Assembly: GCA_051715345.1 (NCBI GenBank)
Contig: JBPXJQ010000004.1
Location: 25,019 to 89,018, forward strand
Origin: Candidatus Blackallbacteria bacterium
GTDB lineage: Bacteria; Cyanobacteriota; Sericytochromatia; UBA7694
Length of the DNA: 64,000 nucleotides
Direction of reading: 5' to 3'
Under the pieces are notes generated by a model. The model made no database searches. It had not been told where the DNA came from and saw only the letters and a list, made by a program, of their open reading frames with translations. Positions 49,287 through 58,787 of this stretch are shown piece after piece. How positions within the stretch are numbered: position 1 is the stretch's first letter; each line of letters starts with the position of its first letter. The position numbers and the translations under genes were made by a program.

Positions 49287-51317
49287 TCAGAGACTGCGTC
49301 CCCCCGCTGCAAAATGGGCCTCAAGCAGGGAATTTTCAAAGGCGGCCAAAGCAGGTGGATAACGATAAATGCGGTGGTTGTGACTCAAAATCCGCTGGCG
49401 GATCGCCGTCCGAAGATCGGGATCTGTCGCCCAATTTTGGGCCTTATTCAGATAATCAGCGCGATCGGATGCAATTAAATCTCCCAGACCCATTTGCTGA
49501 TAAAACATGGCCGCAAAACGGCCCCGGGCAAATTCTGGGGCCAGGGCCACCACCGGAATGCCACAGGCAAAGGCCGAAAACAGGGTGGTTCCACTGCCAA
49601 AGGGAAAGGTTTCCAAATAGACTTCGGCATTGAGCAGCAATTGCAAGAACTCATCCGGGTTGAGCCAAGGCAAGAACCAGATCCGTTCAGCCAATTTGCC
49701 CAGGCTGTTTTGAAAGCGAACCTTTAGAATTGTATCCAAGCCACTTTGGGGACGATCCAGCAGCAGAATCAGGCCCTGGGGATCTTGGGCTAAAATCTCA
49801 GCAAAGAGTCCATCCATCCCTGGGTGCAGTTTAAACAAACTGACAGGGCAAAGATAAAGATGTTGCTTGTCAGTAAAGCCCCATTGGGCGCGAAGATTTT
49901 GCAACTGGGGAAGAGGTGGGGGGGTTACAAAGGTGGGAAAGATCTCAAGGCGCAGCAGTTTTTCGCGATAATGGCTTTGGGCTTCGGGGCTGTCGAGCCA
50001 AATGCTGCTGATAAATCCATCGATCTGGGCTGAACCCGATGTCACTGGATGGCCGGGAAAGACCCATTGAACGGGAGCCAAGCGGTATTGTCCTAAAAGC
50101 CAGGTGGGCAAATGGGGCCCCAAATCGGTATAGAGCACGATATCCGGTTGCCATTTGAGAAGGGTCTGAATTTGAGCCGCAAGAGAAGGGGGCAATTCAC
50201 ACCAATGATCGGCTCTTTGGCGCAATCTTGATGTCGTAGCATCGGCCAGCAGGGGTGAAAGCGAAAAACAGCCCAGTTCAAAGCGGTCACGCTCCAGATT
50301 TTCAATCATGCCGCCGAAACACTGCATCAGTGAGTGGGTATGAAAATAATGTGAGACAACTGCCACTTTGAGACGCCCGCTCTTGGCTGAAGGAGGCAAT
50401 CCAGGCTGAGGGGGTAAAAAACGGGTATAAATATCGCTGAGCAAACTCAAGGCACGACAGTCGTTATAGCCCTGATAGGGCAGATAAAAAGGCAGAGAAC
50501 CCACTTCGGCCACGGGATCGGCGATCTGAAGCGGCCCAGCCTCGGCAGCCAGTGCATCTAAGGCTTTTTCCCAATTCTGACGCGTCAGTTCCAATTCACT
50601 TTGGCTTTGATAAATCGGGGGCAACAGGGACAGTTGGGCCAACTTAAATCCATCTTGAGGGAAATAGTGACAGCCTCTTTGCAATGAGCGCTCAGCCCGA
50701 CTCAGATCTCCTGCCTCACTTTGCACGTGGGCCAATTGCAGGCAAATCTTGGCCTTTTCTTGGGGGGAGACCTCTCGCTTGAGAGCCGTTTCCAAGCTCT
50801 CTTCTGCCGATGTATATTGCAAATTGGCGGTTTGTATTTCAGCCAAAGCCAACCAGACAGAGGCGCGCTCGGGAATCAAATAGCTCAACTTTTGCAAGAC
50901 CTGAATCGCGGAGTGCAACTGGCCCTGAGCCCGCCAAATTTGAGCCATTTTCCAATATAACCGAGAGAGGGTGGGGGAAATTTCATGGGCTTTTTGATAG
51001 GCCTTTAAGGCCTCACGTCTCGCCTCGGCAGAGGCTTCGAGGTTAAGCAAATCCCCCAGACTTTCCCAGATTCGGGCCTGAGCAATGGGTTCTGGACAAT
51101 CTGCCAAGGCCTTTTCAAACTGTGCTTTGGCTTCAGAAATTTGGCCCTGGGCTTGTAAGACCAGGGCCAAATTATTGCGACAGGCCCAAAATTGGGGGTG
51201 TCTTTCCAATTCTTGATGGTAATAGACCCGCGCCATTTCAGGATCTTCAGCCTGAGACAAAAGTCCCAAGCGAAAAGCCAGATTGGGAAAATGGGGGAAA
51301 TCCTGGTACAGGGCCAA
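49287..51317 (-). CDS. TPR-repeat protein with a C-terminal GT41 (O-GlcNAc-transferase-like) glycosyltransferase domain
   Basis: The N-terminal half is TPR-rich. The C-terminal half resembles bacterial OGT-like proteins (…LKVAVVSHYFHTHS…YLCPVSLFKLHP…). Confidence 0.65.
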   Translation of the reverse strand: MALYQDFPHFPNLAFRLGLLSQAEDPEMARVYYHQELERHPQFWACRNNLALVLQAQGQISEAKAQFEKALADCPEPIAQARIWESLGDLLNLEASAEARREALKAYQKAHEISPTLSRLYWKMAQIWRAQGQLHSAIQVLQKLSYLIPERASVWLALAEIQTANLQYTSAEESLETALKREVSPQEKAKICLQLAHVQSEAGDLSRAERSLQRGCHYFPQDGFKLAQLSLLPPIYQSQSELELTRQNWEKALDALAAEAGPLQIADPVAEVGSLPFYLPYQGYNDCRALSLLSDIYTRFLPPQPGLPPSAKSGRLKVAVVSHYFHTHSLMQCFGGMIENLERDRFELGCFSLSPLLADATTSRLRQRADHWCELPPSLAAQIQTLLKWQPDIVLYTDLGPHLPTWLLGQYRLAPVQWVFPGHPVTSGSAQIDGFISSIWLDSPEAQSHYREKLLRLEIFPTFVTPPPLPQLQNLRAQWGFTDKQHLYLCPVSLFKLHPGMDGLFAEILAQDPQGLILLLDRPQSGLDTILKVRFQNSLGKLAERIWFLPWLNPDEFLQLLLNAEVYLETFPFGSGTTLFSAFACGIPVVALAPEFARGRFAAMFYQQMGLGDLIASDRADYLNKAQNWATDPDLRTAIRQRILSHNHRIYRYPPALAAFENSLLEAHFAAGGRSL

Positions 51318-51403
51318 GTAAGCCTGTTTTGCAGCTGTTGGCTCCCGTTCTTCTAAGGCCCTTGCAGCTTCAAACCGCGACAGCCCCAGGGGCTGCTCAG
51401 GAA

Positions 51404-51625
51404 TCAGAATCCGCTATCGCCCCCAGAGTCATCATAGTCGCCGTCAAAATCTGAATCGGTGTCATAATAATCGTCGTCTTCACTCTCGTCTGAATCCGCA
51501 TCGGAGAGATCAAAGTCTTCGCTGCTGTCCATAATCAGAGAGACCGAAGAATCCGACTCTTCGCCCAAAGCTTCATCATGATCTTCGTCTTCTTCAGCGC
51601 CATCCGCTTCATATTCCAAATTCAT
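51404..51625 (-). CDS. Small polyacidic protein (73 aa, 33 Asp/Glu, no Lys/Arg)
   Basis: A perfect SD AAGGAG lies 6 nt upstream of the ATG. The product is MNLEYEADGAEEDEDHDE…DDYYDTDSDFDGDYDDSGGDSGF. Confidence 0.4.
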   Translation of the reverse strand: MNLEYEADGAEEDEDHDEALGEESDSSVSLIMDSSEDFDLSDADSDESEDDDYYDTDSDFDGDYDDSGGDSGF

Positions 51626-51751
51626 GCCGTGCTCCTTGTGGGGGGAGACCCGCCCTATTTTACTATTGCCCTGTTTTTATACTATCATACGCAAAGGTTA
51701 AAAATCCCCTCAAAAATGGGCCCCAAAGGCACACTTAGAAAGAGATCAAAG

Positions 51752-52315
51752 ATGCCCAGAATTTGGATTTATGGCTTTGGCCCCTTTCGCCAATACCGCA
51801 AAAATATCACCCAAGAAATTTTAAATCAATTGCCAGAGCGACCGGGTGTAAAGACCCAGGTTTTGCCCGTCAGGTTTGAATCCAATCTATTTTTGGATCC
51901 TGTTAAGCACTATCAACCTGACTATATTTTGGGTCTGGGCCAATGTCCCAGAGGCGATTTATTGCGCTATGAACGCCGTGCCTTTAATCAAATGCGGGAT
52001 CGCCGCCTGGGGATTGAGCAGCCGATAGATCCAAGTTACCCAGAATCCATTCTCTTAAGTTGGAAATTGCCAATACGCAGTGATACCCGCATTTCTTATG
52101 ATGCGGGAAGGTATGTTTGTAATTATTCGATGTTTGTCTTGGGACAGCACGCCCAAGAAAGTCGAATACCCTCGGCATTTGTCCATATTCCCAGAACCTA
52201 TTCTTTGAAGTCGGGCTTGGCTTGGTTAGAACACTTGCTTAAAGATCTGGGGCTAAATACAGTTCAGCCTTGCGCGCAAGAGTCTGATCGAAGCGTGCTT
52301 CCAGAGCAGGATTGA
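51752..52315 (+). CDS. pcp: Pyroglutamyl-peptidase I (peptidase C15)
   Basis: MPRIWIYGFGPFRQYRKNITQEI…YILGLGQ…SYDAGRYVCNYSMFV…AFVHIP are typical Pcp motifs (GFxPF, Cys, HIP). Start at the ATG at 51752 rather than the track start 51578. Confidence 0.7.
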   Translation: MPRIWIYGFGPFRQYRKNITQEILNQLPERPGVKTQVLPVRFESNLFLDPVKHYQPDYILGLGQCPRGDLLRYERRAFNQMRDRRLGIEQPIDPSYPESILLSWKLPIRSDTRISYDAGRYVCNYSMFVLGQHAQESRIPSAFVHIPRTYSLKSGLAWLEHLLKDLGLNTVQPCAQESDRSVLPEQD

Positions 52316-52784
52316 CACCACGCAACCCAACGCCGACCTGTTCTGCCCAGTCAAAATAGTCCAATCGGCGCGACAGAGGCCAATCGGCGGGCGGGTGAGC
52401 CAAAATATCTTGAAGATTGCAAATTTTGTCTGCGAGCTTGATTTGCTTGGCCTTGGGGTTTAAATGGGGGGCATGTTGAATTTGTAATCTTTTGCGTTCG
52501 GCTTTGGGCAACGATTTGTCATCACTGACCGCTTGAACCAGGCTGCAAATTTCGTCTCCAAAGGCCATTGCCAATTCGGAGCTTGTGGTTGGGGTGTCTT
52601 CTAAGGTGTCATGCAGGAGTGCCGCCATAATCAAAGCAGAATCGCGCACCCCACCCAGTTCAGTGAGTAGGTAGGCAACTTCGATCGGATGATTGAGATA
52701 AGGCGTGAAACCATCTTTGCGCAATTGACCTGCATGTTTTTGGGCGGAAAAATGCAGCACACGGTTCCAAAGTGCAATATCCAT
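52239..52784 (-). CDS. HD-domain (p)ppGpp hydrolase-like small alarmone hydrolase (SpoT/Mesh1-type)
   Basis: …YLNHPIEVAYLLTELGGVRDSALIMAALLHDTLEDT… matches the RelA/SpoT HD hydrolase signature (HDxxED). Start placed at the MDIALWNRV Met. Confidence 0.65.
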   Translation of the reverse strand: MDIALWNRVLHFSAQKHAGQLRKDGFTPYLNHPIEVAYLLTELGGVRDSALIMAALLHDTLEDTPTTSSELAMAFGDEICSLVQAVSDDKSLPKAERKRLQIQHAPHLNPKAKQIKLADKICNLQDILAHPPADWPLSRRLDYFDWAEQVGVGLRGVNPALEARFDQTLARKAELYLAPDL

Positions 52785-52821
52785 GGGTGTTTTACTTATT
52801 GTTCTGATGGCTGTACAGGTT

Positions 52822-53112
52822 CTAGGCGGGCACTTTGGCCTTGAGTGCTTGTCCACCCAATAATTCAGAGAAAGCCTCTCCCAAAACCTGATCCCCTTCT
52901 TCACCGCTGGGCAAAGGCAATTCCCGCTGAGACAGGTACCAGCCAAACAACATTTCTGTCATTTCGATCGAGGTCGGGTGCTGGTCTGTAACAGGAATGC
53001 TGTCCAGCCAGTGGAGACTGCGATTGCAAATCTGAAATCGCAGCCCTTCGGGTGTCATAAAAAAATCAGGTGTGGTTTTTCGGTTCATATTCGTCATCCC
53101 ATATTTGTCCAA
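52822..53112 (-). CDS. Hypothetical small protein
   Basis: 96-aa ORF (TTG start) directly upstream of the HD hydrolase gene. No motif. Confidence 0.25.
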   Translation of the reverse strand: MDKYGMTNMNRKTTPDFFMTPEGLRFQICNRSLHWLDSIPVTDQHPTSIEMTEMLFGWYLSQRELPLPSGEEGDQVLGEAFSELLGGQALKAKVPA

Positions 53113-53326
53113 AACTCGTCCAAAACTCAGTTAACTTTCAGCTATACCCCTTATTGTAACAGAGAGCGTAGTCAAAATGTAGCACAAACTTTAAAAATAG
53201 AGTCCCTTTTTTGGGGCCTTAAATCGCGCAGATTTTTGATTAATTCAAGGCCCTTTTTGTTTTTTGGGGTCAGAAAAATCTGCTATGCGACTATAATATA
53301 TCCCGAACCCCTATTTATGCGCTTGT

Positions 53327-56300
53327 ATGCTATCCGTGGAGGATTTTGTGTCTCAAATTTCGTCATCCCGGCAGACTTTCCAGACCCTTATTGCAGATAA
53401 ACGGCTGACCCGCCAAGAAGTGCAAACCCTCCAACAGGCTTATCAAAAAGAAAATCCCCAGGCTTCTGAAGCCCAATTTGAAAAGTGGATGGCAGATAGT
53501 CTGACAGGCAAAACAGGCAGTCAAGATGCCCTGGCGACGTTGCAGCAGCTGAAATCCGGCAAAAGTGATTCGGTTTTGCTCTTCTTTGAAGACAATGCTC
53601 CCGAACCACCCAAAGGCAAAGCCGCCCCGGTTCAGGTTCGGGTTGAAGGTTTACAACTCACCGACAAAAATGGCTTTGAACAGCGCAGTCTCGATGACCT
53701 GACAGGTTCCATTAAAAAAGTCGATGTCACCCTTTCCCATGATTTTGTCCAACAAATTGCCCAGGGGGTGGTCGATGCCTTGCCATTAGGCAAACACAAA
53801 GCAGAAGTGACCTATGTCCCCGGTAAAGACGGCGGGTCTGGTCACCATCAAATTCGCGTGGGCGGCTTTCATATCGCAGATTTGCGCAGTGATCAAGGCC
53901 GTCTGTTTTTGGAATATGGCTCTCAACCGCAGCCAGAAATGGTCGCTCCACGTTTGGACCAGACACCGGATCTGATCACGCAAAGCCTTTCTCAGGCTTG
54001 GAATTGGGTTGGCGAGCAGGCCAATAACGCTTTTGATGCCACAATGGCGGGTGTCGGTCAAGATCCCAAAGCAGTCAGGCAGTCAATTTCAGACACGGTG
54101 GATGGCGCCGTTGATTGGAGCCGCGACAAGGTTGCTGAAGGTGTGGCCTGGGCTTTTGGCCTAAAACCCGAGGACATGCGCAAGATTTTTGAAAACGGCA
54201 AATTACAAGTGGATGCTGGTTCGGGGATTCAAAGTGAGATCGATTTGGACTGGGACAGTGAGAAGAATCGGGTGTATATTAACCCCGGCAATTTGAGCTT
54301 GAATGGCAAAGATTTGGCGGGTGCAGGCAGTGTCTTAGAGGGTTCACGGGTGACCTTGACCCCCGAAAAGCCCCAATTGAACATTTTGCCCGACGGACGG
54401 GTGCGTATTTCGAGTGAAAATGCGGGTTTAAGTGGCGGCACAGGCCCAGAAAGCCCCGCTGCCGATACCCCTGACAGGCCCAAACTCCGTCCAGCAGACG
54501 CTCCCCCTGATCGCCTGACCCTCAACAGTGCCGAAGCCGAAATTCGCAGCGACGGCCAGCGCACCTCACTGGAAGTGACCGAAGCCGAAGGCACCCTTCA
54601 GGCGGCGGGAGTCTTGACCGATGAACGGATACAGATCTTAAAAAAGCAGATCGATGATGCTCTCACTGCGGTAGATCAAAAACTGGCGGAATACGGGATA
54701 GACCGGGCCAGTTTGGCGAAAATTTTCAGCCAAGTACCCACAGATTTGCTCAAATCCTTGCTCAGTTCCACCAATCAAGGTGAATTGGCCAAGACAGCTG
54801 CCAATTTGGGCATTGACCCCACGCAACTGGGCCAGTTTGTGGCTTTTTTACAAGAACAACCCGTGCAAGGCCTGCTGGGTGATTTGCAAAAACTAACGGG
54901 AACATTGGCCAGCAATACCCAATTGCAGGGCAATTTATCTTTTAAATTGGGCCGTCTCAATCTCGAGAGCAGCAGCCAAGGGCTTTTGCTGCAACTCCAA
55001 GGACTCGATCTCAAGGCCTTGATCAGCAGCCAGACTCCCTCAGGAACACAAACCGAAACCAGCGTGAGTGCTCAATTGACCAGTGGGGCACTCTCCAGCT
55101 CCGAAAATACGCAGCCCCAGCTCAAGACCGGTCAAGCAAAGATAGCACTTGAGGCCACAATCACCGAAGCGCAGACGCCGTTTGAAACCCGTCTCCAGGC
55201 CTTTATTCAAGATTTAAATGGGCGCAGCAACCCCAAAGCCTACCTCACCCCCAAAGGGATTACCCCTGGGCGTTCGGGTCTGACGATCCAAACGGTCAAA
55301 GACCTGCTGGGCAAACTCACTCCCGCAGAGTGGCAACGGGTGGCCAGTGGTGACGATAAGTCTGTGCAAAGCCTGGCTGCCGAGAAAAATCTGCCACCCA
55401 ATTATTTGTTGTATATGCGTAAATACTTTCAAGATCAGGGCATGAACGCTCCCGAACAGAGCAAAGTCACAGCCACTGCTGGTTTGCAAGCATTTAGCCA
55501 CAGTGCCAGTGAAACCGGGATTGAAAAGCCCGAGGCAGCTCTGCGTGTGACCACCAGCGCCAATGGCCAGGTCACTTCTGAAGCGGGGGCTTCACTCAGC
55601 GCCACGGAAGTCAAGCTTAATCCCACCGAAGCAGCGATTCAGGCTGCCGCAAAATTAATGGGGTTTCGGATTGAAATGGCCCAAAAACCGGCCAAAGAAT
55701 TGCTCACACCGCATGGCCTCAGCGCAGGGAAAACCGGGCTGAGTTACGAAACCGTGAGGGGCATCATGGCCAAGGTGACGGATGCTGAGTGGCGTGCGCT
55801 GGCCAAAATGGAGCCGCCGGCCCGCAGTGAATTTGCTCAGAGCAAAGGAATTCAGCCCAATTATCTGGACTATCTGCGCGATTATTTTCAGAAAAATGGC
55901 ATGTTGCCCGCAGCGGCTGTGGCGAGCCACGTTCAGCTTGAAGCGGATGCCCAGGTGCGTCGCAGCGAGGGAACTACCAGCAGTCAGATCAGTGCTGAAG
56001 CGACACGTGTTTCAGCGTCTCCCGAAATGATTGCCGCTCAAGGCATTGAGGCCCAGGGCAAGCTCGATACCCCCGGCGCGGATGTCGCAGTCAAACTCAG
56101 CCAAGGCACGCTGGGTGCCAGCGCAGAGCGAATCATGGGTTCTGGCCAACTCGGTCCAGCCACTGTCACGACTGAAAACGGCAAGTTTACTGTGAATCAG
56201 GGGCAAATTTGGGGAGCAGCGACCCCCGATACTGGCCTGGCAGTGGATGCAAAAGCCGATTGGAGCTTGGATACCCGGGGTGATAAGGCCCGAACCCAGC

Positions 56301-57061
56301 TCAACGGCAATACGCATTTGGCCATTGGCGAAGGCGAGTTACAGGGCTCAGAGACCACCCAATTGGGCGGAACCTCACGCATCAAATCCGATGAGTTGAT
56401 GCGCTTGGCCAAAAATCACCCTGATTTACAGGCCTTTCTCAAATTGCTGGGTTCACAATTCCGTTTAAACAATGAATCTGTCACGGTCGCACTCAAAGAC
56501 AGCAGCCTGCTCACCGGAGACAAAGGCAAGGTCAATTACGACCTGCAATTGGGCGTGCAAAAGGTTGAAACCAGCCTCGGACCCATGGACGTGCAAGTGC
56601 GGGCTTCCAATCAGGGGGTGCGCGGAAATGTCACTTTTTCGCCCAATCAAATGGCCGTGGCCTGGATCAATGGACTGGTCTCTGAGGCCCTCAAAAAACC
56701 CACCCAAACGGCACTCAATCAGGGCCGCATCGAAGTGAAATTTGATCACTCGGTGGTGAGTGATATCGTGATCGGTGCCCGCATCAAAGGCGATCAGGTC
56801 GAAATCAAGGTCGATCAGGCCAAACTCTTTGGCTTCCTCGATCTGGACTTTATTCGCGGCAGCGCCCGAGACACGGTACTCGAACAATTGAAAAAAATGG
56901 GGATCAGCCGTGCCAGCGCCAAGGGCGAAACCACAGTAACTCTGCCAGTACAGGCTCTGATGGCCCAGGCTTTGGGCCCAGAAGCAGCGGGCCGTACCAC
57001 CCTTCAGCCAACTCTGGGCAGCGATAACCGCCTGCGTGTGGCCTTTGATTACCGCCCCTAA
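53327..57061 (+). CDS. Giant hypothetical protein (1244 aa) with an internal ~85-aa duplication
   Basis: A long ORF preceded by an AT-rich region with TATAAT about 30 nt upstream. No signal peptide. Duplicated segment …YLTPKGITPGRSGLTIQTVKDLLGKLTPAEWQRVA…NLPPNYLLYMRKYFQDQGM… versus …LLTPHGLSAGKTGLSYETVRGIMAKVTDAEWRALA…GIQPNYLDYLRDYFQKNGM…. My hand coordinate count near 53281-53400 disagrees with the ORF track by 1 nt. I used the track coordinates. Confidence 0.65.
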   Translation: MLSVEDFVSQISSSRQTFQTLIADKRLTRQEVQTLQQAYQKENPQASEAQFEKWMADSLTGKTGSQDALATLQQLKSGKSDSVLLFFEDNAPEPPKGKAAPVQVRVEGLQLTDKNGFEQRSLDDLTGSIKKVDVTLSHDFVQQIAQGVVDALPLGKHKAEVTYVPGKDGGSGHHQIRVGGFHIADLRSDQGRLFLEYGSQPQPEMVAPRLDQTPDLITQSLSQAWNWVGEQANNAFDATMAGVGQDPKAVRQSISDTVDGAVDWSRDKVAEGVAWAFGLKPEDMRKIFENGKLQVDAGSGIQSEIDLDWDSEKNRVYINPGNLSLNGKDLAGAGSVLEGSRVTLTPEKPQLNILPDGRVRISSENAGLSGGTGPESPAADTPDRPKLRPADAPPDRLTLNSAEAEIRSDGQRTSLEVTEAEGTLQAAGVLTDERIQILKKQIDDALTAVDQKLAEYGIDRASLAKIFSQVPTDLLKSLLSSTNQGELAKTAANLGIDPTQLGQFVAFLQEQPVQGLLGDLQKLTGTLASNTQLQGNLSFKLGRLNLESSSQGLLLQLQGLDLKALISSQTPSGTQTETSVSAQLTSGALSSSENTQPQLKTGQAKIALEATITEAQTPFETRLQAFIQDLNGRSNPKAYLTPKGITPGRSGLTIQTVKDLLGKLTPAEWQRVASGDDKSVQSLAAEKNLPPNYLLYMRKYFQDQGMNAPEQSKVTATAGLQAFSHSASETGIEKPEAALRVTTSANGQVTSEAGASLSATEVKLNPTEAAIQAAAKLMGFRIEMAQKPAKELLTPHGLSAGKTGLSYETVRGIMAKVTDAEWRALAKMEPPARSEFAQSKGIQPNYLDYLRDYFQKNGMLPAAAVASHVQLEADAQVRRSEGTTSSQISAEATRVSASPEMIAAQGIEAQGKLDTPGADVAVKLSQGTLGASAERIMGSGQLGPATVTTENGKFTVNQGQIWGAATPDTGLAVDAKADWSLDTRGDKARTQLNGNTHLAIGEGELQGSETTQLGGTSRIKSDELMRLAKNHPDLQAFLKLLGSQFRLNNESVTVALKDSSLLTGDKGKVNYDLQLGVQKVETSLGPMDVQVRASNQGVRGNVTFSPNQMAVAWINGLVSEALKKPTQTALNQGRIEVKFDHSVVSDIVIGARIKGDQVEIKVDQAKLFGFLDLDFIRGSARDTVLEQLKKMGISRASAKGETTVTLPVQALMAQALGPEAAGRTTLQPTLGSDNRLRVAFDYRP

Positions 57062-57153
57062 AAAGAAATGAAACGGCATCTTTAACAGAATCACCGGCTC
57101 TTCCCAATCAGAGCAGTCTTGCGTATCCTGAAGAAAAAAGCGGGAGTGGCCCC

Positions 57154-58599
57154 ATGTTCAAATCTCAATTGCTTAAGTTATTTGGAACCTGCCTAAGTGC
57201 CAGTTTCTGCGCTTGTCTGAGTGCCAGTCTCTGCCTGAGCTTGCCCGCAAGTGCGCTCTCGATTTTGCCTCAAACCCCTTTGCAACAAGAGGCCTTGCAC
57301 AATTTTCAGCAGTATTTGCGCATGGATACCAGCAATCCACCGGGCAATGAATTGCCCACTGCGCGTTTTCTCAAAGCCCTGTTAGACAAAGAGGGAATCG
57401 AAAACCAGCTCTTTGAACTCGGCCCCGAATTTGGCAAAAACCGGGCCAATCTCTACGCCATTTTGCGCGGCGATGGCAGCCGCAAACCGCTGGTGTTTTT
57501 GCACCACATGGATGTGGTGCCCGCTGATCCGCAGTTTTGGACCTTTCCACCTTTTTCGGGGCAGATCGACAGAGGTTTTGTCTATGGCCGGGGAGCGATC
57601 GATGTCAAAGGCAAAGGCATGGTCGATCTCTACACGCTGATTCGGCTCAAACGGGAAAAACAGCCCCTCAAACGCGACCTGATCTTTTTGGCCGTGGCCG
57701 ATGAAGAGGTCAATTCATCGGGTTCGCGCTGGATGATTCAAAACAAACCTGAGCTGATTCGCGATGCTGAATTTCTGATTGATGAAGGCAAAACCGTGAC
57801 CGAAGACGACACAGGCAAAGCCCTGTATGCCATGGTCGGCATTGGCGAAAAATCCCCGCTCTGGCTCAAATTGAGCTTTTTTGGTACACCCGGCCATGCC
57901 TCGGTACCCATGGCCGACAATGCCGTCAACCGGGCCCTGCGCGCTGCCCAGAAAATTTTGGCCTACAGCCAGGAGATTCCCTTTGAAGTATTGCCAGGAC
58001 TGGCAGAGAGCCTGCGTCTGCAATATCCCGGCGATGTGACCCGCTTGCCTGGCTACCAAAAGGACATGGCCAACTCACTCAAAAACCAAGCCTTTCTCAA
58101 GGCCTTGGCCGAGAACCCAGAAATCAATGCCATGTTGCGTAACACCATTTCGATTACCGGCATGCGCGGCAGCGACAAAACCAATATTATCCCCAACGCG
58201 GCCAGTTTAAGCCTCGATTGCCGACTTTTGCCAGGGCAAGACAAAGAACGCTTTCTGCAAAAATTGCGCGAAGTCATTGGGGACACGACGGTTAAAATTG
58301 AAATTGAAGAATATTATCAATCGCTTTATTCTCCCGCCGACACCGTTTATTTCACGAGTTTGGAGCGGGTCTTGCACCGCCACTATCCAGGTCTGCCGGT
58401 GGTACCCACCATATTTACGTCTTCAACCGACAGCTCGCTTTACCGCGCATTGGGACTCAAGGTCTATGGTTTTGAAGCCTACCGTGTGGACGAAGCCACT
58501 GCCACACGGGCCCATGGCAACGATGAACGTCTGGGCGTGGAAGGCTTTTTCTGGGGCTTGGATTTTTTGCATGAATGGGTGCTCGACCTCAACAGCTGA
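57154..58599 (+). CDS. M20 family metallopeptidase, secreted
   Basis: A signal peptide, then …LVFLHHMDVVPADP…GRGAIDVKGKG…LIFLAVADEEVNSSGS…. These are typical M20 metal-binding blocks. Confidence 0.8.
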   Translation: MFKSQLLKLFGTCLSASFCACLSASLCLSLPASALSILPQTPLQQEALHNFQQYLRMDTSNPPGNELPTARFLKALLDKEGIENQLFELGPEFGKNRANLYAILRGDGSRKPLVFLHHMDVVPADPQFWTFPPFSGQIDRGFVYGRGAIDVKGKGMVDLYTLIRLKREKQPLKRDLIFLAVADEEVNSSGSRWMIQNKPELIRDAEFLIDEGKTVTEDDTGKALYAMVGIGEKSPLWLKLSFFGTPGHASVPMADNAVNRALRAAQKILAYSQEIPFEVLPGLAESLRLQYPGDVTRLPGYQKDMANSLKNQAFLKALAENPEINAMLRNTISITGMRGSDKTNIIPNAASLSLDCRLLPGQDKERFLQKLREVIGDTTVKIEIEEYYQSLYSPADTVYFTSLERVLHRHYPGLPVVPTIFTSSTDSSLYRALGLKVYGFEAYRVDEATATRAHGNDERLGVEGFFWGLDFLHEWVLDLNS

Positions 58600-58787
58600 A
58601 AAGGTGTTATGAAAGTCCGCTGATTGGGTATAAAATCAATGCAGTGGTTTTTAGTTCGGGGCCGGAAAAGACCGAAGCCTAATCAAAATTTAATCCAATC
58701 CTGTGCTTCTGGGCGCAAGATCAGACGCCTGCTGTGCCATAATTTGCTTAACGACTTAAATTACCCTCAGAAGCGGAGACACGCGGC

